Below are positions 36,711 through 44,916 of a stretch of DNA of 64,000 nucleotides, piece by piece. The DNA lies in assembly GCA_021295915.1 (NCBI GenBank), contig JAGWBK010000001.1, positions 11,644 through 75,643 on the forward strand. Reading direction: 5' to 3'. The first letter of the stretch is position 1. Every line of letters starts with the position of its first letter. Position numbers and translations under genes: made by a program. The notes beneath the pieces are model-generated. The model made no database searches. It saw only the letters and a program-made list of their open reading frames with translations, and had not been told where the DNA came from. Origin of the DNA: Dehalococcoidia bacterium. GTDB lineage: Bacteria > Chloroflexota > Dehalococcoidia > Lucifugimonadales > UBA1123.

Positions 36711-37997
36711 TCACCTGTAGAGTAGGGCGCCGGCTATCGAAACAATCGAACCGTTCGACGCGTCCGCAGGGCACTGGTCGTATCCCATATGAATTCCGGT
36801 GGCCCCTGCAAGGAGCCTGAGCATAATGTAGATAGGAGGCAGGCCGCAGATCTTTCGCTTGTCGGTCTCGCTACGGGAGATTTCAAGAAACCTGCCTGCG
36901 TCCCCGGCGCAAATTGCTGATATAGATTGAGAGTCTTCTGACCTGATCTTGGCCTTCTCAAAGTCGTCGAGTGGATTGGGGTCGCCGAATGCAGGCCCGA
37001 CGTGTGCCAGGTCACCCGCTGCGATGACCAGAGTACGGCGATCGGACATCACTTCCTTGAGTACTTCAATAGCAGCGGAAATGTGAAGGGTCTCGTCGGG
37101 ACCCGCATCGCTGCTGGTGTACCCATGGAAGGACCCACAGAGGACGGGTACAAGGCTGACCTTCTGTCTGCGCATGAAGTGGTGCAGCCAGACTGCTGCC
37201 AGCTCGATGGAGTGCTCCTTCCGGTGGTGGAGTTCCTCATCGAAAGCCCCAGCGCCAATCGCGTCGGCAAGTCGATTCACGACGTCGGTATCGGTGTCGA
37301 GGGTCCCATATGGGGTCGAGTAGTTCTGGACCGTCGGCGTCAGCTGGCCCTGACCGCCATAGTGGTCGGTCCCCAGAACCACTACAGTCTCTACTTCAGA
37401 GAGGTCAGGCTCTATGTCCCGCCACAATTCGGCGTAAGTTGCATGGCCCCTGTTGTAGTCGATGTGTGGGCACAACATCCCGACCAGGTCGCCCTTGGGC
37501 CTGTCTACGGGAGCCCTTGAACTCACATTGGAGCACCAACGCTCGATAGCGTCCTCGAGTGCCTTCGCCGATGTTGGATACACGGCTCCGACGTGGGACG
37601 GCTCTCTCTGGTCTGCATCGCGATACACTTCAATGGCGCGCCTGCGGGCCCCGCGGAACCTGCCATTCCCAATCATGAGAGCTTGATCAAGCTGGTCGAT
37701 CATCGACGCCGTCTCCTGGTCCGAAACGGTCAGGCCGAACCGCAGAGCAAGTGCAGACCGAATCTCAGGCAAGTTTCTCGTGCCGTCGAGGAGTGTCACG
37801 ATAGGGGCAGCGACTTCCGGAATCATTACGGTCATGTCGGAAAGCGTGAGGTGGTCTCTAAGGTGCAGAAACCGTTGGCCCTGATGCTCAACCCACATCG
37901 GTTCAACGAGGCGCAATTCAGGCCTCTCGGGGATGTGTGAGTAGTCTTGGGAAGTCATGACCTTAGTGAATCCTGCGGCTGTCCTTCGTCCGGCCAC
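36711..37997 (-). CDS. Memo-family (AmmeMemoRadiSam protein B-like) protein with an N-terminal PqqD-like extension
   Basis: Memo core motifs are present: AVYPTSAKALEDAI, CPHIDYNRGHATY, LGTDHYG, KEHSIE and AAGDLAHVGP. An N-terminal region of ~125 aa carries LLDGTRNLPEIRSAL.... The alternative start is the ATG at 37958. Confidence 0.75.
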   Translation of the reverse strand: MAGRRTAAGFTKVMTSQDYSHIPERPELRLVEPMWVEHQGQRFLHLRDHLTLSDMTVMIPEVAAPIVTLLDGTRNLPEIRSALALRFGLTVSDQETASMIDQLDQALMIGNGRFRGARRRAIEVYRDADQREPSHVGAVYPTSAKALEDAIERWCSNVSSRAPVDRPKGDLVGMLCPHIDYNRGHATYAELWRDIEPDLSEVETVVVLGTDHYGGQGQLTPTVQNYSTPYGTLDTDTDVVNRLADAIGAGAFDEELHHRKEHSIELAAVWLHHFMRRQKVSLVPVLCGSFHGYTSSDAGPDETLHISAAIEVLKEVMSDRRTLVIAAGDLAHVGPAFGDPNPLDDFEKAKIRSEDSQSISAICAGDAGRFLEISRSETDKRKICGLPPIYIMLRLLAGATGIHMGYDQCPADASNGSIVSIAGALLYR

Positions 37998-38280
37998 GTC
38001 CAGAAGACTGGCCCCGGCACAAGCCGGGGTATCCTAACACAGCACGTGACATTCTCCCCAGTACTAGCGCGGAGTAGCACACTGCGCAATAGGAAGCGAT
38101 GGACACAGGGTGATCCGCAGCTCAGCGGTCCTAAGGGCCAAGACCAGACATGAAGGTGAGTCGAAACCGAACGAAAATGAACTTAGAATGTCCCAATGAG
38201 TATTGAATCCGCCGCAAACCGCTATGCTACAATTCCATGGCTTCGCGATTCCGGGAATCACCGCGCAGGGAGAATATGCA

Positions 38281-39246
38281 ATGCCGGTTGCTGAAGACCT
38301 CAAGGTGTTCACGGGCAACGCCCATCCCCAGTTGGCTCAGGATATCTGTTCCTACCTCGGTATCCAGCTTGGGAACATGGAAGTGTTCAAGTTCAAGAAC
38401 GACAACACGTTCGTGAGGATACTTGAGAACGTGCGCGAGCGGGACGTCTTCATCGTCCAACCCTTCAGCGAACCAGTCAACGACCACATCATGGAACTGA
38501 TGATCATGCTTGACGCGTTCAAGCGTGCGTCGGCCGGTCGTATAACTGCCGTACTTCCTTACTATGCTTATGGTAGAAGCGACAAGAAAGACCAGCCCAG
38601 GGTACCGATCACCGCTCGCCTGATCGCCTCGATGATTGAGGTTTCCGGCGCTGACAGGGTCCTGACGCTAGACCTCCACGCAGGCCAGATCCAGGGATTC
38701 TTCAGCATCCCGGTCGATGAACTGACAGCCATTCCCATGCTGGCTCGCCCGTTTGGTAATGGGAGGGACGTCGTCGTCGCGGCAACTGATGTCGGAGGGG
38801 CCAAGAGGGCGCGGGAAACCGCGGACATTCTCGGCGCCGATCTGGCGGTAGTTCAGAAGCGCAGACTCGGCAATTCCGAGCAAGTCGTAGCAGATCAGGT
38901 CATCGGTGAAGTTGCAGGCAAGAAAGCTATCATTGTCGATGACGAGATTACTACCGGGGGCACAGTTCTGGCTGCCGCGGACGCGCTTGTCCTGAACGGA
39001 GCCACCGAAGTATTCTGCGCCGTTACACATGGAGTACTCTGCGGCGAGGCCCCTACACTGATCCAGCAAAGCCCGATGCTCGAGCTCGCCGTTACGGATT
39101 CGCTTCCTATCGGACCAAACAAACTGGGGGACAAGACGCGGGTAATTTCGGTGGCATCCATACTGGGTGAGGCCATTCATCGGATACACAGCGGGCTCTC
39201 AGTGGGGGCGATGTTCGAAGGCGCCTTGCCTGCTGTCAGCTTGTGA
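38281..39246 (+). CDS. prs: Ribose-phosphate pyrophosphokinase
   Basis: LKVFTGNAHPQLAQDI, DLHAGQIQGFF and the PRPP loop VDDEITTGGT are present. The start is set at the ATG at 38281 (AGGGAG upstream). Confidence 0.95.
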   Translation: MPVAEDLKVFTGNAHPQLAQDICSYLGIQLGNMEVFKFKNDNTFVRILENVRERDVFIVQPFSEPVNDHIMELMIMLDAFKRASAGRITAVLPYYAYGRSDKKDQPRVPITARLIASMIEVSGADRVLTLDLHAGQIQGFFSIPVDELTAIPMLARPFGNGRDVVVAATDVGGAKRARETADILGADLAVVQKRRLGNSEQVVADQVIGEVAGKKAIIVDDEITTGGTVLAAADALVLNGATEVFCAVTHGVLCGEAPTLIQQSPMLELAVTDSLPIGPNKLGDKTRVISVASILGEAIHRIHSGLSVGAMFEGALPAVSL

Positions 39247-39270
39247 ACCCGTTCTCAATGCTGGTAGAAT
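39241..39270 (+). promoter_or_regulatory. Promoter candidate placed so that the NYN-gene mRNA would be leaderless
   Basis: TTGTGA (39241-39246, overlapping the prs stop), an 18-nt spacer, then TGgTAGAAT (-10 at 39265-39270). The ATG at 39277 begins 6 nt after the -10 box. Confidence 0.4.
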
Positions 39271-39276
39271 CGAGGC

Positions 39277-40236
39277 ATGGAAGAAGAACAAATTATCGTC
39301 GAAACCAGCACCGGAATCTACGCCGACATTCAGAATCTGCAGGAAATGGCAAAGGAAGTCCTGCTCCTGCTGATCCATCGATGGCCCAGGCAACTTCCCA
39401 AGCCCACGCAGCTTAATCTCTACGTCAGAGCTGATCACGTACACCTTTGGCAGGTATGGGCGAGCGATGCATTCAGGGAACTCCATGTAACCGTCAAGGG
39501 TGTACAGCACTACAGCCTTGCAGCCACGAAGAATGCGGCAGATATGGCGATCGCAGTGGATGCGATCAGCGATTTCAACCACAGCCGCGTTAGCCACGTA
39601 GCAGTAGTCAGCGATGACAGCGACTTCATCTCCCTCTACGCGAAGCTGGCCGAAGAATTCGAGAAGGGCCAGCCAATCGATTCTGCCGAACTTGTGCCGT
39701 TCCTCTGGGTTCTGACTGACCGAGTGGACACCAAGTCTTCACTTCTGCAGGAGTTCTTCCCAGAGAGATACGTGCACGTCGTGGACAGATACGCCCCCTG
39801 GGATGACTACGAAGACGAGGACGATGAGCTAGAGCCTGAAGAGGGTGAGGCTGAAGAGGTCCAGGTGGATCAAGCCGTCGCCGACTCAGAAGCTGACGAA
39901 GATTCTGAGTCGCAAGAAGAAGAAAAGCCTTCCGAGAAACAGCGGCCAAGGGCCAGCGCCCAACGTGATGATCTGACTGTTACAGAACGCATCGCGTTGC
40001 AGCTAATTCGTGACATGCCAGTAGGGAAGTTCAAGAGCACCGACTGCCAGCAGATAATCCGCACCAACTTCCCGAGTCACCATCTAGCAGCCGCTGACGG
40101 GCCCGCATTCGGGATCATATTCAGGCGTGACCTTCTCCCTTACATGGAGAAGCGAGGGGTCAATGAACTTGGGAACCAGCGTCCCAGGCAGTACGAGATG
40201 ACCCTCGAAGCCAAGAAGTCGCTCGCGAGGTACTAG
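39277..40236 (+). CDS. NYN-domain (LabA/DUF88-like) putative RNase with an acidic linker and a C-terminal OST-HTH-like region
   Basis: KNAADMAIAVDAI and VVSDDSDF are NYN motifs. The central ~45 aa are an Asp/Glu tract. The C-terminal ~90 aa are globular (see the finding for the OST-HTH inference). Confidence 0.72.
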   Translation: MEEEQIIVETSTGIYADIQNLQEMAKEVLLLLIHRWPRQLPKPTQLNLYVRADHVHLWQVWASDAFRELHVTVKGVQHYSLAATKNAADMAIAVDAISDFNHSRVSHVAVVSDDSDFISLYAKLAEEFEKGQPIDSAELVPFLWVLTDRVDTKSSLLQEFFPERYVHVVDRYAPWDDYEDEDDELEPEEGEAEEVQVDQAVADSEADEDSESQEEEKPSEKQRPRASAQRDDLTVTERIALQLIRDMPVGKFKSTDCQQIIRTNFPSHHLAAADGPAFGIIFRRDLLPYMEKRGVNELGNQRPRQYEMTLEAKKSLARY

Positions 40237-40288
40237 GCAAGGGACTGGACTGAACCGTCAGTTACTGGGTTCCTTAGGCGTTCCCAGC

Positions 40289-41551
40289 CTATTCCTGCTC
40301 TCTCAGCCGTCCGGCGAATATCATGTAGGCCGCTGCGAGGGCAAGTCCCACAACACCCATCCCTGCGAGGGCAAACCTTACTGAGGTCACGCCCGCGAAC
40401 CATCCCACCAGCAGGCTGGACCCAACGACGAACCCTTGACCAAGTCTCTGAAGGCTTGTGATGCGCCCCCTCAGCTCGTCAGGTGCGAGTGTCTGTGTGA
40501 GTGTGCCGTTTGTAGTCCTGAAGGCTGTCTGGCTGGCTGCGAACAGGGCAATTACAAATAGCGCTACCGGGAGCCAAGCAGCCTGAATCAGCACAAGGGC
40601 CAGAATCGAGCTGACAGCAGCCGTAATCAGGCAGAGCATTCCGCGCTTGATGAAGAATCCAAATGAGGCGATGGTTAGCGCCATCAAGAATCCGCCGAAC
40701 CCGTTAATCGCCAGCATGTATCCGCCCACATCAGCTCCCCTCCCCAGTATCTCTGTTGTAAACAGGGGAAGCATGAACATCACAGGCTGGAGCACGACGT
40801 TGGGAACTACCGTCAGTGTTATCAGAAGGAAAAGCACCCGATTGCCTGACCAGATGTACCTGAAACCCTCGGCAAGGTCCTGCAGAAATCCAGTCGTTCC
40901 GGTACCGCCTCGGGAGCGGCGCGATTCGGTGTATGGGGTATGCATTGGCCAGTAGGCAAGTATCATTCCCACGTAAAGCAGCGACTCGATAGTAAAATTC
41001 CAGAAGAACCCAAAAGAGCTAACCAGAATTCCACCAACGAACGGGCCGATGGCCCTGGTGCCGGGTATCGTTAGCACGTTGGTGGCGTACGCATTACCGA
41101 GCATATGCCTTGGCACAGTGTTGGCAATCAGGGCCTGACGCATCGGTTGGGTGATCGACAGGAATGCACCACTCACTATGGCATATGCGAACACGTGCCA
41201 GACTTCCACGACATCGAAGGCGATGAGGCACGCGAAGCCGAAGGCGATGACGGCCATGACCGCCTGGAGCGCCATGATGAGCTTGCGCCTGTCGACCCGG
41301 TCGCCAAGCACGCCGCCAAGGGGACCGATGATCACTCCGGGCAGGGTGCTAATGCCGCCTATTCCGACGACCAGGAGTGCAGAGCCCTCCGTACCCTCAG
41401 TGAGATCACGGACCAGCCAACCCAGGGTCAGGAGCTGAAGCCAGTGAGCGGTGTTCGCGAAGAAGTTTCCTACCCAGATGAACCGATAATCGCGATAAGC
41501 GATCCAAGCGTCGAACGTCTGGGGTCTCGGTATCCATCGTAGTCCGGCTAT
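40289..41551 (-). CDS. MFS transporter (MFS_3 subfamily) with no canonical start codon for its N-terminal helix
   Basis: It is a paralogue of the MFS gene at 10974-12329 (GGVLGDRVDRRKL). The frame stays open upstream of the track's GTG (41335) and encodes YRDYRFIWVGNFFANTAHWLQLLTLGWLV. The 5' end is provisionally set at ATA 41551, which lies 6 nt after GGAGG. Confidence 0.7.
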   Translation of the reverse strand: MAGLRWIPRPQTFDAWIAYRDYRFIWVGNFFANTAHWLQLLTLGWLVRDLTEGTEGSALLVVGIGGISTLPGVIIGPLGGVLGDRVDRRKLIMALQAVMAVIAFGFACLIAFDVVEVWHVFAYAIVSGAFLSITQPMRQALIANTVPRHMLGNAYATNVLTIPGTRAIGPFVGGILVSSFGFFWNFTIESLLYVGMILAYWPMHTPYTESRRSRGGTGTTGFLQDLAEGFRYIWSGNRVLFLLITLTVVPNVVLQPVMFMLPLFTTEILGRGADVGGYMLAINGFGGFLMALTIASFGFFIKRGMLCLITAAVSSILALVLIQAAWLPVALFVIALFAASQTAFRTTNGTLTQTLAPDELRGRITSLQRLGQGFVVGSSLLVGWFAGVTSVRFALAGMGVVGLALAAAYMIFAGRLREQE

Positions 41552-41696
41552 TGATGTCCTCCGCGAGTGGGCTGACCGCCATGATACACGAAACAGGAAC
41601 CCAGACCGTAGGGTGATACAATTCAGTCAAACGATCGAAGAAACGTGTTCATACTAGTCTGGAATGGGGAATCCTAGACTGGGAAGGAGCCGCCAT

Positions 41697-42533
41697 ATGT
41701 TTAGAAAGGATACCCAATGGCCGAACTTCAGCGAGCGCGACCTCGACTTCGTAGTCGAGAACGTGGCCCCGAATTCGGCTAACTCCGAACAACTCAAGAT
41801 GCTCATCACGGAAGACGTTAAATTCCGTGCCGCGATGCTGGGAGATGTGGCCCTACTGGAGCGGGTACAGAATGACGACGAGATATTCCTGTACATCTCG
41901 CCCGCGCTGTTCTTCGAGATCCTTCTTCGCAACTCCCATCGCGCACTGGAGACTGCAGCGTACACGGAAGAGCGTGAAGGTCGGATGTCGATTCCGGTCT
42001 TCGACACCCCGGACGTCCTTGAGTTCATGGAGCGTCCTGGGGTGGTCGAATACCTGGCGTCGATGATGGCCTCTTTCACACGCATCAACAGCTACACGGT
42101 CCCTGTGCGTGTCCGCAGAGGCGTCCGTCGAAGAGTCCGATACAATGACATGGACGTGGACAGCCTTATCAGGTTCGCTGCAGACGCCGACCCAGAGCAG
42201 AAGTTCGGGTATTACAAGCGAATCGCCGACGTATGCCTATTCCTGTCCGGAGTCTTCCCTGATGGCGCGCAAAGCAGGGCAGGGAGCATGAGCAGTTCCG
42301 TTCTTCCACGGTCGTGGCGGATGCGGCGTACCCTCGAGGAGTATGAGCGGGAGGGCCGCACCTTCTACGGGCTGGCACAAGAGCACCCCGCGGCTCGGGC
42401 GTTGGAGCTGTCACAGGTCTTTGCGGCGCTCAGGCAGAACTTCAACGCGGCGAGGAAGCCTCTGACTTTCGTGGCCACTCGATTTCTGCACGCGAAGAAG
42501 CGTCAGTTGTTCGGCGTTGCCTCGGCAGGTTAG
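41697..42533 (+). CDS. Hypothetical protein (278 aa)
   Basis: The ATG at 41697 is preceded by GGAAGGAG at 7 nt. I recognise no motif. The stop lies 1 nt from the 3' end of the convergent tRNA-Leu. Confidence 0.6.
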   Translation: MFRKDTQWPNFSERDLDFVVENVAPNSANSEQLKMLITEDVKFRAAMLGDVALLERVQNDDEIFLYISPALFFEILLRNSHRALETAAYTEEREGRMSIPVFDTPDVLEFMERPGVVEYLASMMASFTRINSYTVPVRVRRGVRRRVRYNDMDVDSLIRFAADADPEQKFGYYKRIADVCLFLSGVFPDGAQSRAGSMSSSVLPRSWRMRRTLEEYEREGRTFYGLAQEHPAARALELSQVFAALRQNFNAARKPLTFVATRFLHAKKRQLFGVASAG

Positions 42534-42534
42534 C

Positions 42535-42620
42535 TGGTGCCCAGGAAGGGACTCGAACCCCCACACCCATTCGGGTAGCGGATTTTAAGTCCGCCGCGTC
42601 TGCCATTTCGCCACCTGGGC
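42535..42620 (-). tRNA. tRNA-Leu (anticodon UAA), class II with a long variable arm and an encoded CCA
   Basis: Minus strand: GCCCAGG acceptor stem pairs with CCTGGGC, followed by ACCA. The anticodon stem-loop is GCGGA-CTTAAAA-TCCGC. The variable arm is ACCC-GAAT-GGGT and the T-loop is TTCGAGT. The length is 86 nt. Confidence 0.9.
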
Positions 42621-42705
42621 ATTCGCCAATTCTTTTGAAGTCTACACGAAGAATTAGATCTGCGTCGTGCATCCAGTGCGAGGCGCCGTGCCTACATTAC
42701 GATAA

Positions 42706-42749
42706 GAGCCACCTTACTGGACTGCCCTGAGGGCAGGATAAGGTGGCTC
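42706..42749 (-). terminator. Long hairpin downstream of the pyrophosphatase gene (putative terminator)
   Basis: Perfect 11-bp outer stem gagccacctta (42706-42716) / taaggtggctc (42739-42749) with inner stem ctgccc/gggcag. The downstream T tract is weak. Confidence 0.5.
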
Positions 42750-42773
42750 AAATGTCTAAGTGTGAGTCGTGGT

Positions 42774-44816
42774 TCAGAGGAACAGAGGGGCAAAGACCAG
42801 GGCCACTATGCTCATCAGCTTGATGAGGATGTTCAGGGAGGGTCCGGAAGTATCCTTGAACGGGTCTCCGACAGTGTCTCCGACCACGGCCGCGGCGTGT
42901 GGGTCGGAACCCTTGCCGCCATGCGCACCAGCCTCGATGAACTTCTTCGCGTTGTCCCAAGCCCCGCCAGCGTTGGCCATCATGATGGCGAGAAGGAAGC
43001 CGGTCGCGATGGATCCGATCAGCATTCCGCCAAGAGCTTCCGCCCCGAGAATCAGTCCAATGGCAACCGGAGCAACTATGGCCAATACACCTGGAAGGAC
43101 CATCTCTTTCATTGCGCCGCGAGTGCTTATGTCTACTGCACGCGTGTAGTCTGCGTCGGCAGTCCCTTCAAGTAGACCTGGTATATCCCGGAACTGACGC
43201 CTCACCTCTTCCACCATTGCGCTGGCAGCTCGACCAACGGCCTGCATGGTAAGCGCCGCGAACACGAATGGCAGAAGGGCTCCAATCAACAGGCCCATCA
43301 GGACATCAACCTCACGAAGGTCGAAGGCTTCGACGTTCGTGACCTCCGAGTAGGCTGCCATGAGGGCAAGCGCTGTCAGTACGGCAGAGCCTATTGCGAA
43401 GCCTTTACCAGTAGCAGCGGTGGTGTTACCCAGCGAGTCGAGGGCATCAGTTCTCTCACGGACCGAAGGGTCAAGTCCGGCCTGCTCAGCAATTCCCCCG
43501 GCGTTGTCGGCAACGGGTCCATAGGCATCTGTGGCGAGGGTAATACCGAGTGTAGAAAGCATACCTACAGCAGCCAGGGCAACTCCGTAAGTTCCGGCGA
43601 GATCATTGGCCAGCCACATTGCAATGACCACCACGACGGCCGGAATAAGAGTGCTAATCATTCCCAGGCCAATTCCTGAGATGATAACCGTTGCTGGACC
43701 GCTCAGTGCCTGATCTGAAATCTCCCTTGTGAACTTGTACTCGTAGCTTGTGTATACCTCCGAGGAGGTGCCTATGATCTGACCGGCGACCAGGCCGGTG
43801 AGCACCACCCAGAACAGCTTGAAGTCCATATCCAGGACCAGTAGCGCAGCTGCCGTACCAATCAGCACGAGAGCTCCCGCACCGAAGATTCCAAATCTCA
43901 GTGACCAGAGCAGGTTGCCCATACTCGCCCCGTCCTTGGTCCGCACAAGGAAGGTCCCTAAAATCGAAGCGATGATTCCGATTGCAGCGATAAGAAGAGG
44001 TAAGACTGCTAACTCGGAACTGAACTCATTGTCTGGCTGAGACATGCCAAGTGCGGCAACCCCAACACCTACAAGTGCTATCGTCGCAATAATCGAACCT
44101 GTGTAGCTCTCGAATAGGTCGGCACCCATGCCTGCAACGTCGCCCACGTTGTCGCCTACGTTGTCAGCAACCGTGGCAGGGTTGCGGGGGTCGTCCTCGT
44201 CCAGGCCCTGCTCAACCTTTCCTACCAGGTCGGCACCCACGTCTGCAGCCTTGGTGTAGATCCCGCCGCCAACCCTGGCAAACAGGGCGATGGATGAGGC
44301 TCCAAACCCGAATCCGGCTACCAGCGTGATGTCCTGAAATATCAGGTACACCACGGTAATGCCGATCAGGCCGATACCGACCACGCTGACGCCCATTACA
44401 GTGCCCGAGTTAAAGGCAACTCTAAGGGCGGGGTTCAGGCCGGTCTGGGCCTGCACGGTGGTTCGCGTGTTCGCACGAACCGCGATACTCATGCCAATGA
44501 ATCCCGCGAGAGCAGAACCGAGGGCCCCTACCAGGTACGAGATTGCGGTACCTGGAATTGTTTCGCCGTCGCCTTCCACCTTATTGAGGACATCGAGGTC
44601 TATGAAGACCCAAAGAATGACGAAGACGATAACTACAAATACCGCGAGGAGCCTATACTCCCGCGACAGGAATGCCATTGCACCCTCACGGATGGCATTT
44701 CCGATAAACCTGACCTGTTCGCTGCCTGCATCAGACTGCATGACCTTCCAGGAGAGGTACGCGGCAAATGCCAGTGCAATGACACCTGCAACAATTGATA
44801 AGTACAGAATGTCCAA
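42774..44816 (-). CDS. hppA: Membrane-bound pyrophosphate-energised cation pump (M-PPase), K+-dependent type
   Basis: [21 protein letters not shown] and [16 protein letters not shown] are present; Ala rather than Lys in GNTTAA marks K+-dependent enzymes. I prefer the TTG start at 44816 (GGAGG 6 nt upstream), which gives [11 protein letters not shown]... like known M-PPase N-termini. Confidence 0.93.
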   Translation of the reverse strand: MDILYLSIVAGVIALAFAAYLSWKVMQSDAGSEQVRFIGNAIREGAMAFLSREYRLLAVFVVIVFVILWVFIDLDVLNKVEGDGETIPGTAISYLVGALGSALAGFIGMSIAVRANTRTTVQAQTGLNPALRVAFNSGTVMGVSVVGIGLIGITVVYLIFQDITLVAGFGFGASSIALFARVGGGIYTKAADVGADLVGKVEQGLDEDDPRNPATVADNVGDNVGDVAGMGADLFESYTGSIIATIALVGVGVAALGMSQPDNEFSSELAVLPLLIAAIGIIASILGTFLVRTKDGASMGNLLWSLRFGIFGAGALVLIGTAAALLVLDMDFKLFWVVLTGLVAGQIIGTSSEVYTSYEYKFTREISDQALSGPATVIISGIGLGMISTLIPAVVVVIAMWLANDLAGTYGVALAAVGMLSTLGITLATDAYGPVADNAGGIAEQAGLDPSVRERTDALDSLGNTTAATGKGFAIGSAVLTALALMAAYSEVTNVEAFDLREVDVLMGLLIGALLPFVFAALTMQAVGRAASAMVEEVRRQFRDIPGLLEGTADADYTRAVDISTRGAMKEMVLPGVLAIVAPVAIGLILGAEALGGMLIGSIATGFLLAIMMANAGGAWDNAKKFIEAGAHGGKGSDPHAAAVVGDTVGDPFKDTSGPSLNILIKLMSIVALVFAPLFL

Positions 44817-44829
44817 TGGATGCCTCCAC

Positions 44830-44858
44830 AAAAAAGCCCCCCCGGTAATAGGGGAGGC
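44830..44858 (-). terminator. Intrinsic terminator-like hairpin between the translin gene and hppA
   Basis: On the minus strand GCCTCCCC-TATTACC-GGGGGGGC (8 bp with one G.U pair) is followed by TTTTTT. It ends 2 nt before the hppA SD. Confidence 0.6.
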
Positions 44859-44916
44859 CTTGGTCAAATTAGGCGTTCATTTCGAGCCAAAAGCTAGCAT
44901 AGCAGACGGAATACGG

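Noticed and set aside
38064-38318. An 84-aa minus-strand ORF in the long gap upstream of prs.
   Set aside because: It has an implausible Cys/Ser/Pro-rich composition and no SD, and it overlaps the prs start region. I treat it as non-coding.
40237-42535. A small genomic islet integrated at tRNA-Leu. The string aagggactggactgaacc at about 40240 partly resembles the tRNA 3' end aagggactcgaacc.
   Set aside because: The match is only an 8-mer plus a 5-mer with a 4-nt gap. No integrase or recombinase is present, and the enclosed genes (an MFS paralogue and a hypothetical) show no obvious compositional break. It is most likely chance.
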